A stretch of DNA of 54,785 nt, counting the filler, from a bacterium (GTDB taxonomy: Bacteria > JALSQH01), in assembly GCA_026985515.1 (NCBI GenBank). It is 3 parts of 3 records of this genome, joined end to end, with 100 filler letters (N's around TTAATTAATTAA, not from the genome) between each part and the next. Parts side by side here need not be neighbours in the genome. Positions count along the whole stretch, not along the records: positions 15,557 to 38,103 come from JALSQH010000263.1; 2 more parts are not named here. The stretch is one strand, 5' to 3'. This document shows positions 18,520 to 28,717 of the stretch, one piece after another. Position 1 is the first letter of the stretch; each line of letters starts with the position of its first letter. The notes under the pieces were generated by a model that did no database searches, was not told the DNA's origin, and saw nothing but the letters and a program-made list of their open reading frames with translations. Position numbers and translations under genes: made by a program.

Positions 18520-18615
18520 TTCTTACCCTCCAGAAAAGTTTTTACAATTATAACATTTTGAAAAATTTAATTCCAAAAGTAGAATAAATAATTAAACTGC
18601 ATGACGGAGGTGGAA

Positions 18616-20685
18616 ATGGAAAAACTATTTTACCCGGATAGCATTGTGGTATTCGGAGTTTCACCACGTGAAGGGAATCTTGGAAAAATCATTGTGGGGA
18701 ACCTTCTCAGATATGAATACCCGGGAAAAATCTACATGTACTCTCCCAGGGGAGGTGTAATTTATGGTCAGCAAATTATCAGCAATCTTGACGACATACC
18801 ACCGGGGGTGGATCTGGGAGTCATTATCACGCCGGCGCTCACCGTCCCACAGATCCTGGAAACCTGCGGGAAAAAGGGAATAAGAAGAGTTGTTATAGAA
18901 TCGGCAGGATTTGGAGAGTACTCAGAGGAGAGAAAAGCTCTCGAACAGGAACTGGTGGACATTGCAAAAAAGTATGGCATCAGATTTGTTGGGCCAAATG
19001 GTCTTGGAATAATCAACTTTGAAAAGGGAGTGGTTCTTCCATTTTCCCACTTCTTTCCTGAGAGAACAAAAACCGGTCCCATATCAATACTTTCACAGAG
19101 TGGTGGAATCGGAATTTCCTACATAGATCTTCTCTCCTTTGAAAACCTTGGAGTTAACAAATTTGTCAGCCTGGGGAATAAAACCAATATGGATGAAACA
19201 GATTTTCTGGAATACCTCAATGCTGATCCGAGTACAAAAATTATTGCCATGTACCTTGAGGGAATCAAAGATGGAAGAAGATTCATGGAGGTAGGGAAGC
19301 ATGTCAATAAACCTGTGATCGTTCACAAATCAAATATTGGTAAGTCGAGCCAGAATATTGCAAAATCCCACACAGCTTCTCTCGCCGTTGATGACAAGAT
19401 TGTTGATGCAGCCCTCAAGCAGCTGGGTTTTGTGAGAGTCCACACCCTCAACAACATGGTCAATGCAGCCAAAGTTTTCTCACTTCCTCCAATGAGGGGA
19501 AACAAAATTGCTATCATATCAAGGTCGGGGGGTCATGCAGTTGTTGCTGCAGATGCTGTGGACAGGTACGGATTTGAACTGGCAGAATTTTCTGAAAACT
19601 TTTTAAAAGAAATACAGAAGCACTTCAGAGCCAATGTCATCAATCCAACAAATCCCCTGGATCTGGGAGATATGTTTGATTTTGGATTATACGCAGCAAT
19701 TATTGAGCAAACTTTGAAGGAAACAAATATAGATGGACTTGTATTTCTACACATTTACTCATCAACCCAGGCAGAAATCTCAAGACCTCTCATTCCAAAG
19801 ATCAAATCACTCTCCGAGAAGTACAACAAGCCCATTGCAGTGGTTATCTTCAGTACTCAGGATGAGGTTGCAACTGTTAAGAAGATGTATGATTTCCCAA
19901 TCTTTGACGAACCGGGGGATGCGCTGAGGGCCCTGGCAATCAGCAGAGACTACCATCTCTACAGACCTGAATTTCTGGATATGAGAAATCCTGAAGAAAT
20001 TGACACCGAAAAGATAAAATCAATACTTGAAGGTAAAAAGAATCTTGATCTTGTGGAATCTCTGCAGGTTGTTGAGGCAGCAGGAATTCCTGTGGCTCCC
20101 TACGCCTTTGTCCCTGTGGGTGAGGATCCGGTGAAGTTCAAAAATGATCTTAATTATCCTCTTGCTATGAAAATCGTTTCTGAGGAAGGAATCCACAAAA
20201 CAGAAGTTGGGGGCGTTATCCTCAACATCAAGGATGATGAAATGCTTGTGGCAAGATATGAAGAAATCATAGAAAACGCAAAAAAATCTGGAGTCCCATT
20301 TAAAGGTGTTCTGCTTCAAGAGATGGTAAAGAGCAAGAGGGAGCTGATCATCGGAGCCAATGAGAATGAACTTTTTGGACATATTGTACTCTTTGGACTC
20401 GGCGGGATTATGGTGGAAGTTTTCAAAGATGTGAGTTTCGGGATTGTTCCCTTCGGAGAGACATGGGCTGACTTCATGATAAAAAATATAAAAGGTTACG
20501 ATATGCTGGAAGCCTTCAGGGATGAACCCAGAGCGGACATTGAAGCGATAAAAAGGAGCATCCTGAGAATTTCAAAACTTGTGGAAACCTTTCCTCAAAT
20601 AAAGGAGCTTGATATTAACCCAATTTTTGCTCTCCCTGAAGGAAAAGGAGTGGTGGCAGTTGACGCAAGGATAATTCTGGGATAA
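18616..20685 (+). CDS. ADP-forming acetate/acyl-CoA ligase family protein (fused alpha-beta)
   Basis: CoA-binding domain, GPNGLG, SQSGG, phospho-His SHTASLA, NPLDL, ATP-grasp HKTEVGGV, ELDINP, VDARI. ATG 18616 follows GGAGG. Confidence 0.92.
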   Translation: MEKLFYPDSIVVFGVSPREGNLGKIIVGNLLRYEYPGKIYMYSPRGGVIYGQQIISNLDDIPPGVDLGVIITPALTVPQILETCGKKGIRRVVIESAGFGEYSEERKALEQELVDIAKKYGIRFVGPNGLGIINFEKGVVLPFSHFFPERTKTGPISILSQSGGIGISYIDLLSFENLGVNKFVSLGNKTNMDETDFLEYLNADPSTKIIAMYLEGIKDGRRFMEVGKHVNKPVIVHKSNIGKSSQNIAKSHTASLAVDDKIVDAALKQLGFVRVHTLNNMVNAAKVFSLPPMRGNKIAIISRSGGHAVVAADAVDRYGFELAEFSENFLKEIQKHFRANVINPTNPLDLGDMFDFGLYAAIIEQTLKETNIDGLVFLHIYSSTQAEISRPLIPKIKSLSEKYNKPIAVVIFSTQDEVATVKKMYDFPIFDEPGDALRALAISRDYHLYRPEFLDMRNPEEIDTEKIKSILEGKKNLDLVESLQVVEAAGIPVAPYAFVPVGEDPVKFKNDLNYPLAMKIVSEEGIHKTEVGGVILNIKDDEMLVARYEEIIENAKKSGVPFKGVLLQEMVKSKRELIIGANENELFGHIVLFGLGGIMVEVFKDVSFGIVPFGETWADFMIKNIKGYDMLEAFRDEPRADIEAIKRSILRISKLVETFPQIKELDINPIFALPEGKGVVAVDARIILG

Positions 20686-20841
20686 TACCTGACTTTGCCG
20701 GCAGTTGAATCCTGATGATAAGGGGAAGGGGGGTGTACCTCTTTTGAGTAGGTGATCCGTATGTTCCCTGCTCTTGAAAATTCCAGTTTTGCATAAATGA
20801 ACAAAAAACTATCCATCTCCTAATTGAGTACACATATTTTG

Positions 20842-20872
20842 AAAAACGGAGAAGGATAAATCCTTCTCCGTT
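20842..20872 (-). terminator. Intrinsic terminator of the ior-paaK-ACT operon
   Basis: 12-bp inverted repeat AACGGAGAAGGA-TAAA-TCCTTCTCCGTT with a T tract on the minus strand. Confidence 0.85.
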
Positions 20873-21302
20873 ACATATTCAGAAGTTCCTGGGAGGAAAT
20901 AAGAGTTACATTTGCCTTTTCAAGGACCTTTATTGCTGATTCCGGATCTTCAAATCTGAAAATTATAATTGCATCATCTTTATGTTTTGCAAGAAAGGCA
21001 TACATGTACTCAATGTTGATCCCGGCGTCCCTCAGGGGGACAAGAATTGAGTGAAGTCCACCCGGCTTATCAGGAACAACAACTGCCACAACATTATTTG
21101 TAGACACTGTTATCATCTTCTCCTTCAGCACTTTCTCAGCCTTATCTGGATCATCAACTATCAGTCTCAGGATTCCAAAGTCGCTTGTATCTGCAAGGGA
21201 AAGTGCCCTGATATTCACATTATTCTCTGCAAGGATTCCTGTTATTTCTTCAAGCCTCCCCGATCTATTCTCAAGGAATATTGACAACTGTTTTACAAGC
21301 AT
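20871..21302 (-). CDS. Tandem ACT-domain protein
   Basis: KQLSIFLENRSGRL, ALSLADTSDFGILRLIV, PDKPGGL, INIEYMYAF; the usual neighbour of paaK. Confidence 0.93.
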   Translation of the reverse strand: MLVKQLSIFLENRSGRLEEITGILAENNVNIRALSLADTSDFGILRLIVDDPDKAEKVLKEKMITVSTNNVVAVVVPDKPGGLHSILVPLRDAGINIEYMYAFLAKHKDDAIIIFRFEDPESAIKVLEKANVTLISSQELLNM

Positions 21303-21316
21303 ATCACTCTCCTTTT

Positions 21317-22615
21317 TTAAATTTTTCTCTTATCTATGACCCTCTTTGCCTTGCCCATGCTCCTCTCAATTGTTTTGGGCTCAACAAGTTTCACCTCTGC
21401 ACTTACACCTATGAGATCCTTAATATCATTCTCAATTTTCTTTGCCAGCCATTCAAGTTTCTTGATCTCGTCGGAGAAAATCTCCTCTGTTACCTCAATC
21501 TGTATCTCCATTGTGTCAAGAGCTCCCTTCCTGTCTACAATAATCAAATAGTGGGGGCTCAGGCCTTCATATTCAAGAAGGATATGCTCAATCTGGGATG
21601 GAAATACATTTACACCTCTGATAATCAGCATGTCGTCAGTTCTTCCTGTTACCCTTGCCATCCTCACAGTTGTTCTGCCACACTTACACGGTTCAGGGTT
21701 CAACCAGGAAATATCTCTGGTCCTGTATCTTATCAGCGGGAAAGCTTCCTTGGTCAGGGTGGTAAATACAAGTTCACCCTTCTCCCCATAGGGTAGAACC
21801 TCACCAGTTTCTGGATTTATGATTTCCACGAGGAAATGATTTTCAAAAACATGAAGACCCTCCTTTGCCTCAATACACTCACTGGCAACTCCAGGACCAA
21901 TTATTTCACTGAGGCCATAAATATCTATGGCGTCTATCCCCATTTTGGATTCTATTTCCCTCCTCATATTCTCAGACCATGGCTCTGCACCAAAAACTCC
22001 TACCCTGAGAGGTAATTCTTTAATGTCCACCCCCATCTCTTTTGCAACTTCGTAAATATTCAGGGAGTATGAAGGGGTACAGGCGAGCACAGTGGATCCA
22101 AAATCCTTCATCAACATGACCTGCTTCTGGGTGTTACCACCTGACATCGGAACCACAGTTGCTCCAAGCTTTTCCGCACCGTAATGTACGCCGAGACCTC
22201 CCGTAAAAAGACCGTAACCGTAGGCATTCTGTACTATATCCTTCTTCGTTACACCCGCTGCAGCAAGAGTACGTGCCATCACTTCAGCCCAGAGTTCAAT
22301 ATCGTTCTTTGTATAACCCACAACTGTTGGTTTACCTGTGGTTCCTGATGAAGCATGCACCCTCACAACATCTTCAAGATCAACTGCAAACATACCAAAA
22401 GGATAGTTATCCCTCAGGTCATCCTTGGTGGTAAACGGTAGCTTCTGGATGTCCTGCAGGTGCTTTATATCTTCCGGCTTCACCCCCGCTTCATCAAATT
22501 TCTTTCTGTAAAAAGGAACTCTGTTGTAAACCCATTCAACTATCTTTTTTAATCTTTCAAGTTGCAATTTTTCCAGTTCTTTCCTTGGTAATCTTTCTGC
22601 CTCGTTCCAGATCAA
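21317..22615 (-). CDS. paaK: Phenylacetate--CoA ligase
   Basis: [64 protein letters not shown] start follows AGGAGG. Confidence 0.95.
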   Translation of the reverse strand: MIWNEAERLPRKELEKLQLERLKKIVEWVYNRVPFYRKKFDEAGVKPEDIKHLQDIQKLPFTTKDDLRDNYPFGMFAVDLEDVVRVHASSGTTGKPTVVGYTKNDIELWAEVMARTLAAAGVTKKDIVQNAYGYGLFTGGLGVHYGAEKLGATVVPMSGGNTQKQVMLMKDFGSTVLACTPSYSLNIYEVAKEMGVDIKELPLRVGVFGAEPWSENMRREIESKMGIDAIDIYGLSEIIGPGVASECIEAKEGLHVFENHFLVEIINPETGEVLPYGEKGELVFTTLTKEAFPLIRYRTRDISWLNPEPCKCGRTTVRMARVTGRTDDMLIIRGVNVFPSQIEHILLEYEGLSPHYLIIVDRKGALDTMEIQIEVTEEIFSDEIKKLEWLAKKIENDIKDLIGVSAEVKLVEPKTIERSMGKAKRVIDKRKI

Positions 22616-22630
22616 GGTACCCTCCTTTCT

Positions 22631-23212
22631 TTAAAGTTCTATGAGTTCTCTTCCCCTTTCAAATGCCTTTAAGTTAAGTTCAAGAAACTGAGGTTTAACA
22701 CTTTTTCTGATTGCATTATAGTATGAAGACACTTCAAATGTCAAGAATCTGGAGAGCATACCCAGAAGAATGATATTTGTAACCCTTGGATTACCCAGTT
22801 TTACTGCTTCATTTGTTACCCTTTTTACGAAAACCTTTACATCTTTTTCTCCAAATTTTTCTTCAATCCCCTCCGGATACTTTTCAATTCCCATTGCAAC
22901 TCCGGGAGGTGGTAACCTGTAATCATTTATGAGAGCAGTTCCTCCATTTTTCACATACTCAATCCACCGCAACGATTCCATAAGCTCCATTGAAACAAGA
23001 ATGTCTCCCTTCCCCACGGGAATAAGAGGTGAAAAAATTTTTTCTCCAATTCTAACAAAGCTCACCACTGAACCACCCCTCTGAGCCATCCCATGAACTT
23101 CGCTTTTCTTAACATCCAGGTTATTCTCAAGGGCAAGATTGGCAAGAACATTACTTAAAAGTATGATTCCCTGTCCCCCAACTCCGGAAATTATGATGTT
23201 GACAGTTTCCAT
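22631..23212 (-). CDS. iorB: Indolepyruvate:ferredoxin oxidoreductase beta subunit
   Basis: GVGGQG, SEVHGMAQRGGSV, NLKAFERG. Confidence 0.95.
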   Translation of the reverse strand: METVNIIISGVGGQGIILLSNVLANLALENNLDVKKSEVHGMAQRGGSVVSFVRIGEKIFSPLIPVGKGDILVSMELMESLRWIEYVKNGGTALINDYRLPPPGVAMGIEKYPEGIEEKFGEKDVKVFVKRVTNEAVKLGNPRVTNIILLGMLSRFLTFEVSSYYNAIRKSVKPQFLELNLKAFERGRELIEL

Positions 23213-25047
23213 TATTCACTCCTCTCAGGAAAAATTATTGCATCAAAGGGACATGATTGTGCACAAACCTCACAACCTGTACAGTTCAACTGATCAATCA
23301 CCACATACCCTTTTCTCCTGTGTTTATTACCCTTTTTGTCAACCCAGTAACCTTCTTCCTCCACCCATGAGAGAGAGGGGCAATTTACATTGAGGCATAT
23401 CTTGCATCCAGAGCATTTTTCAGGATCAACAACCATTGGTTGCTTCTGGTAATTCTTTCTGTATTCAGGTAACAGAGCACAGGGTCCCTTGTGAATAATT
23501 ACAGAAAGCCCATCATAATTTTCTGCCTCATCAAGGGCCCTTGAAACACTTTCCATATCCCACGCATTGGTTTCAATGATATGCTTCACGCCAAAACTTT
23601 CCGCAAGGGATTTGAAATCAATCTCAAATGTTTGCTCTCCCATAAGAGTCACACCTGTTGCAGGGTTAACCTGTTGTCCGGTCATTGCAGTTGTTCTGTT
23701 GTCGAGGATTATTATTGTCCCCTTTGTTTTGTTATAAGCCATATTAAGGAGATGGGTCATACCACTGTGCATGAAGGTTGAATCACCAATAACTGAAACA
23801 ACCTTTTTTCTCTCCCCTTCAGGTAACACTTTGAACATACCGTGCCCATGTCCCAGACTTGCCCCCATATCAAGGGTGGTATGCATTGCAGATAAGGGTT
23901 TGTAATACCCAAGGGTGTAACATCCTATGTCACCTGTTACGAAATACTTTTTTCGGTTCAACTGGTAAAACATGCTTCTGTGTGGACAACCTGGACAGAG
24001 AATCGGCGGTCTGACAGGTAAATCGGGGGATCTCTTTAATTCAAGGGTTCCACATTCTGGTACATCACCATATCTAACAGCTCTGTAAACTATGTCGGGA
24101 TCAAGTTCCCCGCAGCGTGGAAATATCTCCTTACCAGTAACCTCTATTCCCATCTTTTTTATCTCATCCTCCCAGAAGGGATCAAGTTCCTCCACCACAT
24201 AGAGTTTTTTTACTCTGGAGGCAAATTCCTTTATCATCCTCTCCGGTAAAGGGTATGACATACCAAGTTTGAGAAATGAGGCATCGGGGAAGGCCTCCTT
24301 TGCATACATGTAGCTTACGCCACCTGTGATAAATCCGATCTCCTCGCTACCCCACTCTATCCTGTTTATTTCAATGTTTTCAGCAAGTTCCCTCAACTCC
24401 CTAAGTCTCTTTTCCACAACAGGATGCCTTTTTCTTGCATTGGAGGGAAGCATGGTCCATTTTTCCGCATTCTCCTTCCTTGCCCTCAATTCCCTTACCG
24501 GTGATACGGGATCTTCAAGGGTAACCACACTGAATCCGTGGGAAATTCTGGTGGTGGTTCTGATAAGAACAGGTGTATCATATTTTTCACTAAGGAAAAA
24601 GGCGAGTCTGGTAAACTCCTTTGCCTCCTGACTGTCAGATGGTTCAAGCATGGGAATTTTTGCAAATTTTGCATAGTGTCTGTTGTCCTGCTCATTCTGG
24701 GAACTGTGCATATGTGGATCATCCGCAGTAACAATTACAAGTCCCCCTACAATTCCGGTGTATGGAAGCGTCATGAGAGGATCAGCAGCGACATTCAACC
24801 CCACATGCTTCATCGCCACAAGGGATCTGGCCCCTGCATAGGAGGCACCTGCAGCAGATTCAAGTGCCACTTTCTCATTTATACTCCACTCAGCATAAAT
24901 GGAATCACCATACTTCTCAGCAATGGTCTCCAGAATCTCGGTGGAGGGTGTTCCGGGATATGCCGCTGCAAATTGACAGCCTGTCTCATAGGCTCCCCTC
25001 GCAATGGCCTGATTTCCCGAAAGGACTTCTTTCCCTTTTGCAGCCAC
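23212..25047 (-). CDS. iorA: Indolepyruvate:ferredoxin oxidoreductase alpha subunit
   Basis: YPGTPSTEI, MKHVGLNVAAD, SSQNEQD, CPGCPH, GDIGCY, IGDSTF, C-terminal ferredoxin-type Cys motifs. Confidence 0.96.
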   Translation of the reverse strand: MAAKGKEVLSGNQAIARGAYETGCQFAAAYPGTPSTEILETIAEKYGDSIYAEWSINEKVALESAAGASYAGARSLVAMKHVGLNVAADPLMTLPYTGIVGGLVIVTADDPHMHSSQNEQDNRHYAKFAKIPMLEPSDSQEAKEFTRLAFFLSEKYDTPVLIRTTTRISHGFSVVTLEDPVSPVRELRARKENAEKWTMLPSNARKRHPVVEKRLRELRELAENIEINRIEWGSEEIGFITGGVSYMYAKEAFPDASFLKLGMSYPLPERMIKEFASRVKKLYVVEELDPFWEDEIKKMGIEVTGKEIFPRCGELDPDIVYRAVRYGDVPECGTLELKRSPDLPVRPPILCPGCPHRSMFYQLNRKKYFVTGDIGCYTLGYYKPLSAMHTTLDMGASLGHGHGMFKVLPEGERKKVVSVIGDSTFMHSGMTHLLNMAYNKTKGTIIILDNRTTAMTGQQVNPATGVTLMGEQTFEIDFKSLAESFGVKHIIETNAWDMESVSRALDEAENYDGLSVIIHKGPCALLPEYRKNYQKQPMVVDPEKCSGCKICLNVNCPSLSWVEEEGYWVDKKGNKHRRKGYVVIDQLNCTGCEVCAQSCPFDAIIFPERSE

Positions 25048-25158
25048 TATTTTCTCCTTTCAGCATTCAGATTTGATAAAATAACTATACTGTAAGGGTG
25101 AAAAATTTCAAGGGAAAGAATTTGCAACAGTAACATAATTGACTCTCTCCTGCGCCTT

Positions 25159-25187
25159 TTGACAGCAAACTGAAGGTGTACTATCAT
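25159..25187 (+). promoter_or_regulatory. Sigma70 promoter TTGACA-N17-TATCAT (likely leaderless)
   Basis: Near-consensus promoter; 7 nt separate the -10 from ATG 25195; no SD. Confidence 0.65.
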
Positions 25188-25194
25188 AATTGTG

Positions 25195-25671
25195 ATGCCA
25201 GACTTAAATTTCAATGGCAGAGAAATAATTGAAAGGAGACTCCAGGTTCTCAATATTGTGTGGATTTCTATGCTCAGCTCCGTCTTTCTCGTTATCATAA
25301 TCAAGGAGAGTATTGTCAATCCCGCAATGATACAGCACATTCTCCCGGAAAAACAGCTATCAATTATCCTGTATGTGATTGGTGTCTCTGCGCTTTTAGG
25401 TGCAGGATTTATAAAAAATGTACTGATTCATCAGAGAAAAGAAAATAACAATCTTGGGATTATCGTGCAGAACTACATGAGCGCTGTTATCATTTCAATG
25501 GCCATTTCTGAGTCCGTCATTTTCTTTGGTTTTGTAGGACTCATGCTTGGAGCTACCGATGAAACCTTCTATATTATGGCTCTCATCTCCCTTGCGGGAT
25601 TGATTTACTTCAGACCCCGGCGGGACGAAATTCTCTCAATGATTCCTCCTGAGATTCTCAGGGACGAATAA
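25195..25671 (+). CDS. Hypothetical integral membrane protein (~4 TM)
   Basis: Four hydrophobic segments and its own promoter. No family recognised. Confidence 0.7.
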   Translation: MPDLNFNGREIIERRLQVLNIVWISMLSSVFLVIIIKESIVNPAMIQHILPEKQLSIILYVIGVSALLGAGFIKNVLIHQRKENNNLGIIVQNYMSAVIISMAISESVIFFGFVGLMLGATDETFYIMALISLAGLIYFRPRRDEILSMIPPEILRDE

Positions 25672-25678
25672 TAAATTT

Positions 25679-26827
25679 TCACACTTTTGCGGTGACAATT
25701 TCCCCAATGACCTGAGGTGTTACTTCCACAATGTTGTTTTTCATCTTGAAATCATCAAGTGTTTTCAAAAATATCTCAAACAAATCTTCCTTTTCAGCCT
25801 CAATTCCTGCTTCATTAAAGGTTGAAGGTAGATTCATTCTGCTTCTCACTTTCAGGATTTTTTCAAGGAGTTCCTCGGAGTTTTTATGTCCGGTTATACT
25901 GGCAACTCTGTCAAGCTTCCTTTTCACCTCAGGATTTCCCGCGTTGAGTTTCCACACATCTTCAATGAAAAAAGCACAGGCAGCCCCATGAGGAAGATGC
26001 CATTCCTCTGAAAGGGGAAAAGAAAGAGCATGAATGGCTGCCGTTCCGGTAAGATTAAAGGCAATACCTGCCTTTGTCGCGGCACACAGCATCTCATCTC
26101 TCCCATCTATTGAACCACTCAGGGAGGAATCAAAAGCCCTTTCCATTATTCCTGTAATTTCTGCTGCAACGCCGATGGCAAGTTCATCAGTAACAGGATC
26201 AGAATTTCTATTCCACAGAACCTCCAGAGCATGTGTCAGAGCATCAAAGGCAGTTGCTGCAGTTATGGCAGGTGGGAGGGTGTAAGTAAGAGAAGGAATC
26301 AATACTGCATAATCTGGCTGGAGAAAGGATGAAGCAAGGGAAATTTTTCTTCCATTTCTATCTGTGTAAACACCAAACCTGGTAACCTCTGCACCTGTAC
26401 CCGCTGTGGTTGGAGTGGCTATAAGAATTCTGGTTCTCTTTTTGAAACTTTTTGCTCCATGAAGAAACTCTTCAAAATCACCCTCATTATCAAGCATAAG
26501 AGCAACTGCCTTGGCGGTATCCATCGTACTCCCACCACCAATTCCCCAGATTATATCGGGATTTTCATTCCTGTAATTCTCCACAATCCTGTTAATCAGA
26601 TCCACATCGGGATTCTGCCTTATCCCGGTAAATACTACGGAACCGGTTCTTCTGGAAATTTCTTCTGCAAGTTCAACTGCCATGGAAACAGCGGGATCAA
26701 CAAGAAAGAGAATATGAGGGGAAAGTTTTTTAGTGGTGAATAGAGAAATCCTGAAACTTTCATCAATTATTTTCTCTTTCACAAAGAGGATTTTCGTACT
26801 GGAAAAAATTGATTCAACAAAATTCAT
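25679..26827 (-). CDS. Iron-containing alcohol dehydrogenase family protein
   Basis: GGGSTMDTAKA, PTTAGTGAEVT, DALTHALE, HALS..L..HLPHG metal ligands. Confidence 0.9.
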   Translation of the reverse strand: MNFVESIFSSTKILFVKEKIIDESFRISLFTTKKLSPHILFLVDPAVSMAVELAEEISRRTGSVVFTGIRQNPDVDLINRIVENYRNENPDIIWGIGGGSTMDTAKAVALMLDNEGDFEEFLHGAKSFKKRTRILIATPTTAGTGAEVTRFGVYTDRNGRKISLASSFLQPDYAVLIPSLTYTLPPAITAATAFDALTHALEVLWNRNSDPVTDELAIGVAAEITGIMERAFDSSLSGSIDGRDEMLCAATKAGIAFNLTGTAAIHALSFPLSEEWHLPHGAACAFFIEDVWKLNAGNPEVKRKLDRVASITGHKNSEELLEKILKVRSRMNLPSTFNEAGIEAEKEDLFEIFLKTLDDFKMKNNIVEVTPQVIGEIVTAKV

Positions 26828-27798
26828 CTCCTATGCCTTATTACTCTGTTCTCTGCGAATATCATAAAAACTTCTCTGGAACTCTTTGGAGTATATCCAA
26901 ATTCCCTGATAAGTTTTTCGTTGGAAAGTACGGGCCTGTACTTGAGAAAAAGCACCTGTTCCGGACCATATTCCGTTAAGTGTAGCCTGTTCAAAATGAA
27001 AAGTGCACCTCTCAGAAACCATTCAGGCAAAGTTATAACAGGTTTATTTATGATTCTTCCAATCTCCCTCATACTCAGAGCCCCCGACCCAGCAAGGTTG
27101 TAGATACCCTCCTTCTGCTCCAGCAGTCCCTTTACTATTATGCTGGCAACATCCTCATCCCAGATAAACACAAATCTTGAATCACCTCCCTTTACCTCTA
27201 TCAAAAATTTTCTCTCAAAAATGGCTGATATCTGGTTATTAACATCCTTTCCAAAAATTGTGCCGGGACGGAGAATAAGCTGTTTTAGCTGTGGATACTT
27301 TTTTCTGTACTCTGCAAGCATTTCCTCCACAAGGCGTTTGTGGTAGGCGTAGGCAAATTCTTCATTACCCCTGAGGGGATCAGATTCTTTTATCCATTCA
27401 GGATTATCGGGATGATATCCATAGGCAGCACCACTGCTCGTCACTATTATAAATTTTACTCCCTCTTTAACAGATGCTTCAAGTACATTTCTGGTTCCCT
27501 CAACATCCACAGAATATAGAAAATCCCTGGTCATCCACTTGGCAGGGGTCACTATTGCTGCAAGGTGAATTACGGCTTCTACTCCATACTCCCTGAAGGT
27601 ATTAATCAAAGTGGGATCACGAATATCCTTCTCAACATAGATTACTTCTGGATGCCTTTTCTCTGCAGGAGGAGATTTTATGTCAAGGGAAACTATTATT
27701 TCCGGTCTCTCTTCTCTCTGGACCAGTTTAGCAATAACCTTACTTCCAATGTAACCTGAACCACCTGTAATCAATACAGATTTAAACGGCTTATTCAA
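26824..27798 (-). CDS. Extended SDR / NAD-dependent epimerase-dehydratase family protein
   Basis: TGGSGYIG, HLAA, SSGAAYG, catalytic YAYHK. Confidence 0.9.
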   Translation of the reverse strand: MNKPFKSVLITGGSGYIGSKVIAKLVQREERPEIIVSLDIKSPPAEKRHPEVIYVEKDIRDPTLINTFREYGVEAVIHLAAIVTPAKWMTRDFLYSVDVEGTRNVLEASVKEGVKFIIVTSSGAAYGYHPDNPEWIKESDPLRGNEEFAYAYHKRLVEEMLAEYRKKYPQLKQLILRPGTIFGKDVNNQISAIFERKFLIEVKGGDSRFVFIWDEDVASIIVKGLLEQKEGIYNLAGSGALSMREIGRIINKPVITLPEWFLRGALFILNRLHLTEYGPEQVLFLKYRPVLSNEKLIREFGYTPKSSREVFMIFAENRVIRHRR

Positions 27799-28717
27799 CT
27801 CCTATCCCCCTTTTTCTGTCTCTCCATGCCCAGAAGGTTGCCACACTCAATCCTGCAATAATGTGCCATACCCCCCACCACGCTGCTACGAGTGCCATCC
27901 CTCCAAGACCATGAAAGAAAGTGAAGATCAATACAAGACCAAGTGCGGAATTCTGAATCCCTACTTCAATTGACACAGCCCTTGAGTCCCTGTCGTCCAG
28001 ACCGGCAATTTTTGCTGCAAGATAACCGGTTATGAGAGCAGTGGCATTATGGATAAAAACAACAATTGCAACATAACCAACATACTTCAGAAAATATTGC
28101 CAGTTAGCCTTTATGGCAATAACAACGAAAAGGATAAACACGATTATTGAACCAATTTTGAAGGGCCTCTTTGCCTTTGCGGCAAAATCGGGATACCTTC
28201 TTCCAACATAAATATCGAGGGTGAGAGGGATACCAAGGATCAATACTATGGTCATGAACATCTGCAGAGGATCAACACTTACTGCATGGTAGATGGGTGC
28301 TGTCCTGTGATTGAGGGTTCCCCAGAAAAAGAGATTGAATGGGGTCATCACAACGGCAAATGCTGTGGATATGGCTGTCATTGTAATGGATAGAGATACG
28401 TTCCCCCGGGCAAGATATGTGATAAAGTTTGAAATATTTCCGCCTGGACAGGCAGCTACAAGAATCATTCCAAGAGCGATGCTGGGGCGAGGATTGATTA
28501 TGAGGGTAAGCAGATAAGTAAAGGCAGGAAGAAGAATGAACTGACCTGTCAGGCCAATTAACGGAGCCTTTGGCTTTCTGAAAACATCAACAAAGTCTGA
28601 AACTTTTATGTCAAGGGCTATCCCGAACATGATTATTCCCAGTATGACATTCAGCAAAACAAGACTTTGAGGACTGAAATTCAGCCTGAGCTGATCGACA
28701 CTGGAAGAGATATCCAT
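27791..28717 (-). CDS. Bile acid:sodium symporter (BASS) family transporter
   Basis: MFGIAL, QFILLP, CPGGNISN, GNVSLS, IEVGIQNS, WWGVWH. Confidence 0.93.
   Translation of the reverse strand: MDISSSVDQLRLNFSPQSLVLLNVILGIIMFGIALDIKVSDFVDVFRKPKAPLIGLTGQFILLPAFTYLLTLIINPRPSIALGMILVAACPGGNISNFITYLARGNVSLSITMTAISTAFAVVMTPFNLFFWGTLNHRTAPIYHAVSVDPLQMFMTIVLILGIPLTLDIYVGRRYPDFAAKAKRPFKIGSIIVFILFVVIAIKANWQYFLKYVGYVAIVVFIHNATALITGYLAAKIAGLDDRDSRAVSIEVGIQNSALGLVLIFTFFHGLGGMALVAAWWGVWHIIAGLSVATFWAWRDRKRGIGVE

Noticed and set aside
20595-20833. Small minus-strand ORFs in the intergenic region
   Set aside because: The AGGAG abuts the ATG with no spacing, the ORFs overlap the ligase 3' end and the products are unrecognisable.
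25047-25340. 97-aa minus-strand ORF upstream of iorA
   Set aside because: It spans the divergent promoters and overlaps the better-supported plus-strand gene.
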